From: Tubiluchus corallicola
Lineage: Eukaryota > Animalia > Priapulida
Reading direction: 5' to 3'
NCBI GenBank assembly: GCA_030141605.1
Contig: JAQGDQ010000763.1
Location: forward strand, 36,459-100,458
Length of the DNA stretch: 64,000 nt
The notes below the pieces were generated by a model, which did not search any database, was not told the origin of the DNA, and worked only from the letters and a program-made list of their open reading frames with translations. Shown piece after piece: positions 39,107-52,399 of the stretch (position 1 is the first letter of the stretch; the number at the start of each line of letters is the position of its first letter). Both the position numbers and the translations under genes were made by a program.

Positions 39107-39556
39107 GTAAACTTCGCAAAACGGACCGACCTGCTCGTTGCGTTTGTTGTGCAGTGGTCAACTTTTATGCTAACAGCAGTTGTGGATTTTGGGCTGCGTA
39201 ACTGAAGCGATAACGTTGCAGCGTGTACAGTAGGTCCTCGCTTAGCGATGTTTCATTTTGAGGGCGTTGATCATCTTTCTCTTGCGATTTTTTTCCTTAA
39301 CGATAACGTTTTGTTTTTGTTAACGATGATTTTTTTAATTGCTCACAACAGTCGCATTCGAACAAGCCCCTCACATGTAAGTCAGTTTTTGCGCGTGTTT
39401 CTGCAAGCAAGATGCTGATGCGCGAAATATAACACGTTTGCTGCGTAAAATTAAACATTAGTTCTTATCATCTGCGCACCGGCGTGGGTTTTGTACCAGA
39501 GATTGTCCCATCATTGACTCCGTTTTTATTTATGCTGTTGGACTAACTGACGGAGC

Positions 39557-40390
39557 ATAAGATAAGGTGAGGTGAGGTAAGGTAAGGTAAGGTAAGGTAA
39601 GGTAAGGTAAGGTAAGGTAAGGTGAGGTGAGGTGAGGTGAGATGAGATGAGGTGAGATGAGATGAGATGAGATGAGATGAGATGAGATGAGATGAGGTGA
39701 GGTGAGGTGAGGTGAGGTGAGGTGAGGTGATATGAGATGAGATGAGATGAGATGAGGTGAGGTGAGGTGAGGTGAGGTAAGATAAGGTAAGATAAGATAA
39801 GGTAAGATAAGGTAAGATAAGATAAGGTGAGGTGAGGTGAGGTGAGGTGAGGTGAGGTAAGGTAAGGTAAGGTAAGATAAGATAAGATAAGATTTATTTT
39901 CATCGGTATGATATAAACAGTACATATTTGTAGAAACATGAGCTTAAAGCGATATCAAACATAATGTATATGAGCGATAACATGGTAGTAATATGTACTT
40001 CTTAAATCTTTTGGATGCCACCAGAGGTATTGGTACAAGAAAAATTAAAACTGCATGAAGACTGTAAAAATTTTATGCAGTTAAGAATTGAGACAGTAAA
40101 AATTTTAGGCAGTAACATTTTCTGAAATTTACACAAAAAGCTGTCTAGGTCAATAAAAATTTTCCTGCCAACATTTCAGCATTTAATTACGACTTAACAA
40201 AATTGGGAAGTTTGCCGAATTTACAAATTCCACATTTACATGATACACCAGTCCATGAGTTAATTAGACGTTTAAATTCCCCAAGATTTTCGGCCATTCG
40301 GAGACAGTTTGGCAATTCATTCCACAATGTGGCTCCATAATAGGAGAAACTTTTCTTGCCATAAGTAACACCATCATATGTAGGGTATTC
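39557..40390 (-). mobile_element. 5'-truncated LINE with an expanded pentanucleotide tail (39557-39893)
   Basis: Minus strand YGKKSFSYYGATLWNELP...CKCGIC (ORF2 C-terminus), 3' UTR, then AATAAA directly followed by (TCTTA)n. Confidence 0.8.
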
Positions 40391-41323
40391 TGCAGTGTTC
40401 ATTTTTCTGAGGAAGTAGCGGTTTTGCTTTCGTTCCTCTATCAGTCCATAGAGATAGGACGGCCAGTTTTTGGACAAAATCTTGGCATAAAACGGAAAAC
40501 ACAAGGCCATGTTAGAACTTGGAAACCTTTGTTTAATGTGTAACCTTTAAGATTTTGCTGTACTACCAAAAATAATAATGCAGAAATTTTCAGAATTGTC
40601 TGCAATTTCTACAGATTGTCAAGTCACTACAATGCGGTTTCGTTAAATAGTTACTATTTTCTCTTTACTAAACGTATAAAATGTGTAAAATACTATTTTG
40701 CGCCAAATGTTATTGATTTTCCGTCACGCGTCATTTTAATCTACATCCATTGTTTCCTCTAATCTACATCCATTGTTTCATCTATTGTTGATTCATCAAT
40801 GCGCGGCGTCTTGCCGGAATGCGTTATCATCGCTAAACGGAGACTCGCTGTACGAAAGTTTAAATTTGATTTCGTCTTCTGCAACCTGTTGCATAGACGG
40901 TTGACCAAAGTGGAATTTTCGGCCGCGTCTCAGGTTCTTGCGGCGGCCATGTCTTGTTTTATACTTCTTTGTCTTCTTTTTGTTTTCCAGTTGTAGTCAC
41001 CTCCCCCACCCCGTGTCAGGCGGCTGACCGGGCGCTGGTTTTGTAAGGTAAGATATGTGCAGGTATGTCTGTAATATCATTAATCATATGTTTTTGAGGC
41101 CTACAGGTCGCATACTCACTTATCGTATAAAGGTCTTCTCTCTGATTCAGTGTATTCAAAGTTTTTACTGCTATGTGTAATTTCCTGGAAGTACAATAAT
41201 ACTCTCTCAGTAGGATTTCTACTGTGTGTATCATGAATTTCCCAGTAAGGACAGTACAAGGTGCCAATATTTCTTTTATTTCTTTGGCGCCTGCAATAAT
41301 GCAACAAGAAATATTACATTTTA

Positions 41324-42338
41324 CAGTACACCCGTATCTCAGTTCGCCGGATGTTGCTTTTACGGCTATCGGAAAATTCGGACAAAATCTGGTCCGTTTG
41401 AAGTCAAGTGTAATACAGACACAGTCCGTTATTTCGCTAGCTGACCGCTAGTTGGCAGACCATCACTTTGTTTACATCACATACATCAGTTTAGAATCAA
41501 TTATACGGAGTTATTTTATATACTTTTGCATCGGAGCGGCCCGTACTAGACGTTTTTGAGACAATTAGGCGATTGATTCTACATTACCGTGAGTCTAATA
41601 TGTCAGGAGCGGCCTGTACTAGACGTTTTTGAGACAATTAGGTGATTGATTCTACATTACCGTGAGTCTAATATGTCAGGAGCGGCCCGTACTAGACGTT
41701 TTTGAGACAATTAGGCGATTGATTCTACATTACCGTGAGTCTAATATGTCAGGAGCGGCCCGTACTAGACGTTTTTGAGACAATTAGGCGATTGATTCTA
41801 CATTACCTTGAGTCTAATATGTTAGGAGTGGCCCGTACTAGACGTTTTTGAGACAATTAGGCGATTGATTCTACATTACCGTGAGTCTAATATGTCAGGA
41901 GCGGCCCGTACTAGACGTTTTTGAGACAATTAGGCGATTGATTCTACATTACCGTGAGTCTAATATGTCAGGAGTGGCCCGTACTAGACGTTTTTGAGAC
42001 AATTAGGCGATTGATTCTACATTACCGTGAGTCTAATATGTCAGGAGTGGCCCGTACTAGACGTTTTTGAGACAATTAGGTGATTGATTCTACATTACCG
42101 TGAGTCTAATATGTCAGGAGTGGCCCCGTACTAAACGTTTTTGAGACAATTAGGCGATTGATTCTACATTACTGTGAGTCTAATACACGACACCTACTGT
42201 GTGATTGATTCTACATTACCGTGAGTCTAATACACGGCACCTACTGTATTGGTTTTGTTTCGGAAAATACGGACAGTCTGCAAATTTGCATCGACGTCTC
42301 CCCACTTTTGTCCGGTAAACCGAGATACAAGTGTATTG
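41324..42338. mobile_element. Tc1/pogo-like MITE containing a 73-bp tandem array (41533-42185, about 9 copies)
   Basis: TA-CAGTACACCCGTATCTCAGTTCGCCGGA...TCCGGTAAACCGAGATACAAGTGTATTG imperfect TIR. Confidence 0.75.
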
Positions 42339-43043
42339 AATTTATAGTGAAAAAGAAATGTACTGCTTACTTTGTTCACAAGTCCCAGTTATTCTGTGAA
42401 CTGAAGGTTTGAAATTCTGAACGTGACGTTTTCAGCCGTTCAGACTGGAATTGCTGTTAACAGAACGAATTGATTTTAAATGACAAGATTGGTGATGCCT
42501 AATGGAAATGTCTTTGTGTTGTTGCGTAATAAGCCTTTTCACAGTTCCAGCGATTGATGATGATCGTGAAAAGGTCAAAGGTTAAGTGTACCTGACAACG
42601 CACTTGTGTACACTTGGCAACGCCTCGCAGCCCATGCTGTTGTAATAGTAACAGTTTTAACAGCTAGCTAGAATCTTACCTAGTTCATTTTTTCTTGGTC
42701 CCAAACAGGATCCTGCTAGTTAATCACTCTGTGCACAGACTAATGCATAATTCGGTAAAGTTCATGTAAAACAACTGAAGTTACTAAACTGATGCGGCAG
42801 ACGGCTTTGCTTTACCCTCATCACGTGATCGTTGCAAAACGAAACTGTGAAAATGCTTATTGTACAATTCTGTACACTTTCCACAACTTGCCATGTATTT
42901 TTATCTAATCCGTCACAATTTTAGGGGCTGTTATATTATAAAACACGCGTGCTAAAATTAATGTGTACATACAAACATGTTGCAAGTTTTGTGTAAATTG
43001 GTTAGTTTATTTTACGTTTGTTAGAAGTTATTCTTTGTTATTT

Positions 43044-43702
43044 GGATGCTTGCACGGCAAAATCGTCCGTAAGTCGGCACTTAAGCTTTTCTAGTTATTC
43101 ACATGTCCTGAATGGCCATTTCATGAGGATCATTTTGATACCAAGTTCATCGCTCTGTGTTATTTCTAAGCTGAGATAATCCATGTTGAAGTTGAGGTGG
43201 AGGCTGCACACTGAAAAACATGATCTTGAGAAAATCGCTGTTAAAGTCAGCCATTGTTTTTGTCGCGTCTCTACAAAACACTTAGCAACGGTACGAAAGT
43301 GTGGTTGCTATGGACTTTGCAAGAGCATATTGAAGTTATGTTTAAATCCAGTAGATGGCTCTTCCTGACGAAGATCTGGGCTTTGCGACAGAAAGAACCC
43401 GAAGCAGAATGGCTGCTTCTATGAGCTAATATTGAAGTTTGAAAATACAAGTTTTTTACAATTGCAGTACTACTTTCTAGCCAGAAAAGTGGGTAAGGAG
43501 TTCTAAAATTATATTTTTCGTGTTTTTTGAGCGTTTTCTTGACAATTTGATGTTAGAATGTAAAAAACCAATATATATAGCATTTGTTTTATGAAAAACA
43601 AAAAATTGACATTTTACCAATTCTTGGTGCATTCTACTTTAAAACATCATAACACAGTTTTAACAATGCCGACTTATGGACGGTTTTGGTTTGCAAACTC
43701 AC
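43044..43702. mobile_element. Sola1-like MITE, copy 2
   Basis: Homologous to 23460-24119; ATTT on both sides (AWWT TSD). Confidence 0.72.
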
Positions 43703-44035
43703 ATTTTGTTCCTGTATGTAAATGAGTAACTCTGGCTTAGACGTGTAAAACTTTGGTTGAGTTTAAGTTTTAATTGCTGTCCGAATTCTGCTTGCTATTA
43801 ATATTAATTCGTATATTCCATCATTGCAACCATTTTGTATTTTATTACCTTCCAGTCTGTTTGGCTTTTACGTTTCCTGTACTAACCGTTTTATTTTACT
43901 TTTCCTCCGTGTTTATGTTTGATGTGGCATGAGACAATATGTTAATCAGTTTTTTCTCGTGCGTGGTGACATGGATGTATGCGGATGTTAGTTTGTGCAT
44001 TTTTCTGTGTTTGTTTGCCTCTCATTGACTTACAT

Positions 44036-44536
44036 CAGGGGTGTGCAAATTGCGGCCCGCGAAGAGGTTTGTTAACGTAATGAAAGTGCGGCCCGGGCGA
44101 GGAATTGAGTGTACCCAACTGAAGTCCGTGCCACGATCCCAAAGACAGTGCGGGTAGTTTTTTCTACTAGATCGGATGCCATTAACCCTTACAAGACGGT
44201 TGTAGCTTAATGTCACTGTGCTACACAGACTGTGTGATACACATTACTAATATGCATTGTAATGAACAGACTGTGTGATACACATTACTAATATGCATTG
44301 TAATGAAATTACCACTATCTGTCCTGAAAGTAGAAATATATGGTTTGTAATATAAATTTTAATAACTTCTAAAATAGTTTCTTGAGTGTAGCAGTAATGA
44401 TGTACGCAGGTCGGATGCAAAAAAATCGTTATTAGGCCTTTCTGTACTTGGTTCCTTGATCGAACTGCCTGTGGTCCGCAGGAATTGCGGGAAAGTTTAA
44501 TGTGGCCCGGCTAGTCAGATAATTTGCACACCCCTG
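44036..44536. mobile_element. hAT-like MITE (family B), solo copy
   Basis: Same TIRs as 13400-13907; degenerate TSD ACTTACAT/ATTTGCAT. Confidence 0.9.
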
Positions 44537-45518
44537 ATTTGCATGATTACGTGACCCTGCAAAACAAACCGATTGGTTTTCATCTTTGACGGCGTTGGAT
44601 TACGCAAAACAGGCAAAAATCGACTAAAATCGTATAGATTCATTTTGCCGGCCGACCGAATCAAATCAAACTTTGACGACCGTTTTCGAGTGATAAATGA
44701 ATTTTTTACTCTATGAACGCTTTCAAGCATTCTCGATCTCCGTAACGTTGCTGACTTCGCCGATGCTTCCTTCAGAAGAAAACTGTTTGAAAAACTAAGT
44801 GTGTCTGAATTTATAGTCTCTTTGTAAGTGAACAGATTTAATACTGAAAAAACACTTTTCGCATTTAGAATTTTATTTGTATATCTTATTTTTTATTTGC
44901 AACTTGAATCTCATTAAAAAGAACAACAGCCACTAAATTAAAAATATTTTTCAACTAGTTGAAAGAAGACTCTATACTATGTCGAATCCATTGTTCCAAT
45001 TAGCTTTGACATATGCCTGATACAAGTTGCTGAAAATTCAGAAAGTTTGAAAAAATAATCAGAGCATTCGTAGAATACATGTTACTAACTAATTAAAATT
45101 TTACATTACTGAATCTTGTTAATATGACTAAAAATACGGTTTTGGTTAGTGAGTGGGTGGGTGAGCCAGCTACATTTTACCAATTGGCACAAATATTTTA
45201 AATTATTATTTCTAGTTACATAAGTCTTAACAACAGGTAAGGGAAATGCCAGGTAATATAGATTTGCATGGAAAATTTTTTGGGGCATAATTGAACATCC
45301 TTTTCTTCCCCTAATGTACATTTGCATAGGTGGCGTCATGGTAATGGCACCGTCGGAACGGTATTGCGGGAGATTTAAAGTGAAAACAAACAAAAATCCT
45401 TTAACACGAGTACGATACACGCATAAAAATGCTGTAAAGTAATATAATCGATTTTGCTGAAATCTACGTCAAGTCTTTTACTTGTTTTTTATATGTTTGT
45501 CGTTTGCAATTAAAGAAT

Positions 45519-46798
45519 TCATTTGTCACTAAGGTAGTTTCACTTTGTAGTATAAGTCACTTTGAAAACTATTTATGGATCATTTGTCACTAAGGAAGTT
45601 TCACTTAGTAGTATAAGTCACTTTTAAAACTATTTATGGATCATTTGTCACTAAGGTAGTTTCACTTTGTAGTATAAGTCACTTTGAAAACTATTTATGG
45701 ATCATTTGTCACTAAGGTAGTTTCACTTTGTAGTATAAGTCACTTTTAAAACTATTTATGGATCATTTGTCACTAAGGAAGTTTCACTTAGTAGTATAAG
45801 TCACTTTTAAAACTATTTATGGATCATTTGTCACTAAGGAAGTTTCACTTAGTAGTATAAGTCACTTTTAAAACTATTTATGGATCATTTGTCACTAAGG
45901 TAGTTTCACTTAGTAGTATAAGTCACTTTTAAAACTATTTATGGATCATTTGTCACTAAGGTAGTTTCACTTAGTAGTATAAGTCACTTTTAAAACTATT
46001 TATGGATCATTTGTCACTAAGGTAGTTTAACTTAGTAGTATAAGTCACTTTGAAAACTATTTATGGATCATTTGTCACTAAGGTAGTTTCACTTTGTAGT
46101 ATAAGTCACTTTTAAAACTATTTATGGATCATTTGTCACTAAGGAAGTTTCACTTAGTAGTATAAGTCACTTTTAAAACTATTTATGGATCATTTGTCAC
46201 TAAGGTAGTTTCACTTAGTAGTATAAGTCACTTTGAAAACTATTTATGGATCATTTGTCACTAAGGTAGTTTCACTTTGTAGTATAAGTCACTTTTAAAA
46301 CTATTTATGGATCATTTGTCACTAAGGAAGTTTCACTTAGTAGTATAAGTCACTTTTAAAACTATTTATGGATCATTTGTCACTAAGGTAGTTTCACTTA
46401 GTAGTATAAGTCACTTTGAAAACTATTTATGGATCATTTGTCACTAAGGTAGTTTCACTTTGTAGTATAAGTCACTTTTAAAACTATTTATGGATCATTT
46501 GTCACTAAGGAAGTTTCACTTAGTAGTATAAGTCACTTTTAAAACTATTTATGGATCATTTGTCACTAAGGTAGTTTCACTTAGTAGTATAAGTCACTTT
46601 TAAAACTATTTATGGATCATTTGTCACTAAGGTAGTTTCACTTTGTAGTATAAGTCACTTTTAAAACTATTTATGGATCATTTGTCACTAAGGTAGTTTC
46701 ACTTAGTAGTATAAGTCACTTTTATAACTATTTATGGATCATTTGTCACTAAGGTAGTTTCACTTAGTAGTATAAGTCACTTTTAAAACTATTTATGG
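45519..46798. repeat. 61-bp minisatellite, 21 copies
   Basis: Unit TCATTTGTCACTAAGG(T/A)AGTTTCACTT(T/A)GTAGTATAAGTCACTTT(G/T)AAAACTATTTATGGA. Confidence 0.95.
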
Positions 46799-46944
46799 TC
46801 TTATCCCACCACTTAGTGAAATTGTGACCTCGTTTATGTCACAGGATGTTATGGATCGCTGTCTTGTTTTTGTCATCAGATTTTGGTGACATTTTTTAAA
46901 CCATACTTGTGCAGATTGAAAGTAAATAATATATATAAATAAAT

Positions 46945-47130
46945 CTGTTGCGAGCCTGGATTTGAACCAAGGATCTTTGAATTACAAGCAAACTGCATGA
47001 TCACTGTATTGCTCAGCCTCATTACGTAGGAGGCTGAGCACTCTTACTGGGTTTGTGGATTACTGGTCTAATGGTCATGTCACTGGACGTGTAATCTGAA
47101 GGTCCGTGGTTCAAATCAGACTCATTCCAG
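46945..47130. other. Head-to-head pair of degenerate tRNA-like arms around a central hairpin
   Basis: B box GGTTCAAATC on both strands (46959-46968 minus, 47108-47117 plus), A box TGGTCTAATGG at 47064-47074, 11-bp stem 47010-47040. Confidence 0.6.
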
Positions 47131-47287
47131 GCTTTTTTGCATTTTCTTCTTTACAGACTAGTTGCTTTCAGGAATTCATAAGTTGTGAGTTTGTTTCATC
47201 GTTAAGAAACAGTCGCGAAATTAAGATATTGAGTAATAAGACAATAGCTATCCAGTGACATTGTTAGAATAGTTTGATTTCTTTTAG

Positions 47288-47380
47288 GAATATGGTCCAA
47301 GAGGTTTTTTGAAGGGCTTGGTACCTCGTACGCTGAGAAGAACACTTATGGCTGCAATGGCTTGGACTGTTTACGAGTCG
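47288..47380 (+). CDS. SLC25A38: SLC25A38 exon 9
   Basis: [31 protein letters not shown]: [14 protein letters not shown] motif of SLC25A38. Confidence 0.95.
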
Positions 47381-47430
47381 GTGAGTTGTGCGTTAATCAC
47401 ATTTGAACTGCAAATACTGTTTTCTGTTTG

Positions 47431-49593
47431 CAGTACATCTACTCTCGTGTCTCAGTTTGCCGGACAAAAGTTGGTCCGAATTTGCCGATTGCGTGTATTT
47501 ACCGTTACTAAGCTAATAGAGTACGTGTCGTGTATTAGACTCACAGTTAATAGAATCAGTCGTCTAATTGTCTCAAAAACGTTTAGTATGGGCCACTTCT
47601 GACATTAGACTCACTGTAATGTAGAATCAATCGTCTAATTGTCTCAAAAACGTCTAGTACGGGTCGCTTCTGACATATTAGACTCACAGTAATGTAGAAT
47701 CAATCGTCTAATTGTCTCAAAAACGTCTAGTATGGGCCACTCCTGACATATTAGACTCACGGTAATGTAGAATCAATCGTCTAATTGTCTCAAAAACGTC
47801 TAGTACGGGCCGCTCCTGACATATTAGACTCACGGTAATGTAGAATCAATCGTCTAATTGTCTCAAAAACGTCTAGTACGGGCCACTCCTGACATATTAG
47901 ACTCACGGTAATGTAGAATCAATCGTCTAATTGTCTCAAAAACGTCTAGTACGGGCCACTCCTGACATATTAGACTCACGGTAATGTAGAATCAATCGTC
48001 TAATTGTCTCAAAAACGTCTAGTACGGGCCGCTCCTGACATATTAGACTCACGGTAATGTAGAATCAATCGTCTAATTGTCTCAAAAACGTCTAGTACGG
48101 GCCACTCCTGACATATTAGACTCACGGTAATGTAGAATCAATCGCCTAATTGTCTCAAAAACGTCTAGTACGGGCCACTCCTGACATATTAGACTCACGG
48201 TAATATAGAATCAATCATCTAATTGTCTCAAAAACGTCTAGTACGGGCCACTCCTGACATATTAGACTCATGGTAATGTAGAATCAATCGCCTAATTGTC
48301 TCAAAAACGTCTAGTACGGGCCACTCCTGACATATTAGACTCACAGTAATGTAGAATCAATCACCTAATTGTCTCAAAAACGTCTAGTACGGACCACTTC
48401 TGACATATTAGACTCACGGTAATGTAGAATCAATCGTCTAATTGTCTCAAAAACGTCTAGTACGGGCCGCTCCTGACATATTAGACTCACGGTAATGTAG
48501 AATCAATCGCCTAATTGTCTCAAAAACGTCTAGTACGGGCCGCTCCTGACATATTAGACTCACGGTAATGTAGAATCAATCACCTAATTGTCTCAAAAAC
48601 GTCTAGTACGGGCCACTCCTGACATATTAGACTCACGGTAATGTAGAATCAATCGCCTAATTGTCTCAAAAACGTTTAGTACGGGCCACTCCCGACATAT
48701 TAGACTCACGGTAATGTAGAATCAATCGTCTAATTGTCTCAAAAACGTTTAGTACGGGCCACTCCTGACATATTAGACTCACGGTAATGTAGAATCAATC
48801 GCCTAATTGTCTCAAAAACGTCTAGTACGGGCCACTCCTGACATATTAGACTCACGGTAATGTAGAATCAATCACCTAATTGTCTCAAAAACGTCTAGTA
48901 CGGGCCACTCCTGACATATTAGACTCACGGTAATGTAGAATCAATCGCCTAATTGTCTCAAAAACGTTTAGTACGGGCCACTCCTGACATATTAGACTCA
49001 CGGTAATGTAGAATCAATCGCCTAATTGTCTCAAAAACGTTTAGTACGGGCCACTCCTGACATATTAGACTCACGGTAATGTAGAATGAATCACCTAATT
49101 GTCTCAAAAACGTCTAGTACGGGCCACTCCTGACATATTAGACTCACGGTAATGTAGAATCAATCGCCTAATTGTCTCAAAAACGTCTAGTACGGGCCAC
49201 TCCTGACATATTAGACTCACGGTAATGTAGAATGAATCACCTAATTGTCTCAAAAACGTTTAGTACGGGCCACTCCTGACATATTAGACTCACGGTAATG
49301 TAGAATCAATCACCTAATTGTCTCAAAAACGTTTAGTACGGGCCACTCCTGACATATTAGACTCACGGTAATGTAGAATCAATCGTCTAATTGTCTCAAA
49401 AACGTTTAGTACGGGCCACTCCTGACATATTAGACTCACGGTAATGTAGAATCAATCGTCTAATTGTCTCAAAAACGTCTAGTACGGGCCACTCCTGACA
49501 TATTAGACTCACAGTAATGTAGAATCAATCACCTAATTGTCTCAAAAACGTTTAGTACGGGCCGCTCCTGACATATTAGACTCATGGTAATGT
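47431..49593. repeat. Inverted copy of the 41324 element with the 73-bp array expanded to about 28 copies
   Basis: Starts CAGTAC..CGTGTCTCAGTTTGCCGGACAAAAG; the unit is the reverse complement of the 41533 unit. Confidence 0.92.
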
Positions 49594-50198
49594 AAAATCG
49601 AGTTTAACTGTCGACTTTCGGACAATTTTGCTACGCAAGCACACATATAATGAAACACAAAACTATGAAAAAATTGTACAACTATCATAATGTACGTAAT
49701 AGAGTTGGAAATTGTAAGGTACCTGATCAACTGACAACTGCATGCCCTTCACTATTAATATTATAAGTTTTAAAAAGGTTACTGTTATTGCTTTTGGCAA
49801 TTTTTTTTGTCATTCCGTGTTTATTAATTTTTGTCGCCTCTTCTTGAAATAAAGTTTACCCGTGATTCCTACATAACTGTGTAGTTGTTATCTTCTGTTA
49901 TATATACTTGCTCTAATGGGAAACATGTTAAAGTTTAGTGACAGCAAGAAGACGGAATCGAGCATGATCATGGGACTAAAAATTTTGCAACGATGCAGCG
50001 CCCATTACACATTCCACACCCACAAATCTTACGAAAACCCCCTTAAACCAACTACTGACATCTAGTGGCAAATTAACAAAGTATCCCATGCCCGATTCTA
50101 AAAGGGGAAAGGGAAATTTTAAAATATGTCCCGAAAAAGCTTTCAATGCAAAGTTATATTACTTAGCACTACGCTAAGTAGTTTGAAAAACTTACATA

Positions 50199-50527
50199 CA
50201 GTCGACCCTCGTTAAACCGGACCCCGTTAGCCCGGATATCGGATAAGACGGACGTCATTCGTGGTAAAGAAAACTGACCGATTTCCGTCCGAGCCGGAGC
50301 ACCGCCTAGCAACTGTACAATAATTTCTTTATCCTCACAGGTTAACTATTTTAAAGTAATATACAGTATAGTATATAGTGCAATGTATATATTATGCCTT
50401 ATTAAGGTGATTGTTCCTGTATAATATAGATCATATACATAGGCATATCGGATAAATCGGACAATCGGCTAAACCGGAGCACCCCCCCCCCCCCCCCCAA
50501 TTAGTCCGGTTTAACGAGGGTTGACTG
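50199..50527. mobile_element. pogo/Tigger-like MITE nested in a Kolobok-like remnant
   Basis: TA-CAGTCGACCCTCGTTAAACCGGAC...GTCCGGTTTAACGAGGGTTGACTG-TA. Confidence 0.92.
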
Positions 50528-51130
50528 TAATTGAAAAAGAAAATTCTTAATTTAAAATGTTCACGCCAACTGATAAAACTGTTGTGCATCATTGGACAAC
50601 ATATCAAAATATATTGTTGTTAACAATATTAAGTATTTCTGCTTGGCTAGTGAAGTGTGCATTATGTATGCTCTGATTATTGTTTGAGATTTTGGGCAAT
50701 GTTATCTAAACTTCTTTCAAATGACTCACTGTTAAAGTGGCTGTGCCCAACGATTATTTGCTGGAGTTTAAATTTTCAAGTTTTATACGGCGTTACTGCT
50801 AATGCAAACTCCGTATGCAATAAGACAGCATGCAAGTGATTAAGCAAGTGCTCAAACTCTATGCATCAAAATTACTGTGTAATGTAATTTGCACATGTAT
50901 ATGCCACATAAGAATATCTTTTGTAATTTCTGGATAATATTGCATTTATATTTATATTTACTTCAGTGAAGTTATCTGTATTTTTATTATAACTGTTGGA
51001 TGCAGAGTGGAAATAAATAAACTTATAAACTTATATATAATTTCAAGACTAAGTTTTTATGCTTTATTTATGAACCGTGTTTTCTAAGATGAATATTAAA
51101 TTGACTAAAATATCAGATTTGCTTTTATAG

Positions 51131-51157
51131 GTCATGAAAAATATTGGAATAAAATAG
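51131..51157 (+). CDS. SLC25A38: SLC25A38 exon 10 (VMKNIGIK*)
   Basis: TTTTATAG acceptor, phase 0, resembles the short MMAKMGLKS-type C-terminus. Spliced CDS totals 855 nt. Confidence 0.82.
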   Translation, partial: VMKNIGIK

Positions 51158-52353
51158 AGGCGGACGAGATTCGGTGATAACAGACGTCTTATTTCAGTAA
51201 CTTAGCTTTGTTATGTAATAATTAATGTACTAATAAGTATTTACGTATAATTATATGAAAATGTATGTCTGATTTTTCGTTTCTGAGAAGAGAAACGTAT
51301 GTTATTGGATACTTCTATAATTAAGGCAGTTTAGCAGCTTATATTACGCACAGTAACATGAGAAAGCAGCATTAAAGTAACTGTGATGTCATTCTTACTA
51401 AAAGATCTGAATGCGTACACGTCTGTAAAATCAAAAATTGTGAAAACAAATTGAATATATGATTGTTTAACATGATATGCGTAGGCCTACATCATAACGT
51501 ACGTGGAGCTAAAAAATTTTTGCTGTTTATTTATCGTCAGCGGCTTTAACCGTCTAAAACGTCGCAGCAAAAAACTCGCTTGTGATTTTAATTTTAAACT
51601 TTATATAGTAGTGTTCTGTAACTTCGTTTTATTTTGAATTTTTTTCAATAACTTAACCTCTTTTTTATATTTGGGCACAACAAATTTGAAAGACTTGCTC
51701 AAGGTTTTGTTTAAAGGTTAAAATAATTATTATTAACTGCAAAATATTCCGCGCATGTTTAATCTAACGCTGCCATTTTCTTGAGAGATGTTAAGGCCTG
51801 TAATATCAGATTGTTTTTTTTTGAATTAGAATGAATTTAAAGTGAATTCGAAACAATTTTGTCAAAGAATACTTTATGTTATTTTTGTATATAGTTTAAT
51901 ACACATTTCGAGTGCAATTTGATCTTTTGCGACACGCGTCTCGATCCGATCGAGACAATTTATTTTCTTATTGTACTTGACAGACCTTACTGCTAATTGT
52001 ACTGTTATGTTAAACCAAAGTAAAAAAAGTCTTTCAAGTTAACGTTATGTATTCATTAATTTATTAGATATATGTACAATGGGTCTAAATTCGAAACGAA
52101 TTCTGTTTGTTTTATCTGGTAAGTTTCGTTCGAGTATTGTTAACGTTTTTGCCAACTCGTATAGAATTTTCGTGTGACGTTGACCATCATTGTAACTAAT
52201 TTTTGTTCTATTTGAGCAGCCCATTTGTATTGTTTATTCTGCATTGTTGTGCATTGTCTGCCATTAGGTTTTGTACGTGTACAAACTTGTAAACTTTGAT
52301 CTAATGATTTTACTTATTCTGTAAATACAATAATGTTGCCATTTTTGGTTTGA

Positions 52354-52359
52354 AATAAA
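52354..52359 (+). terminator. Candidate polyadenylation signal for SLC25A38
   Basis: AATAAA followed by a T/GT-rich tract at the end of about 1.2 kb of repeat-free AT-rich sequence. Confidence 0.45.
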
Positions 52360-52399
52360 AATTGTACAGGTTTAAATCATTTTGTCGCTTTTATGTTTT

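Noticed and set aside
40991-41047. Possible cassette or poison exon in SLC25A38 intron 8
   Set aside because: Good-looking splice sites but an immediate stop and no other support; it cannot be distinguished from chance without RNA data.
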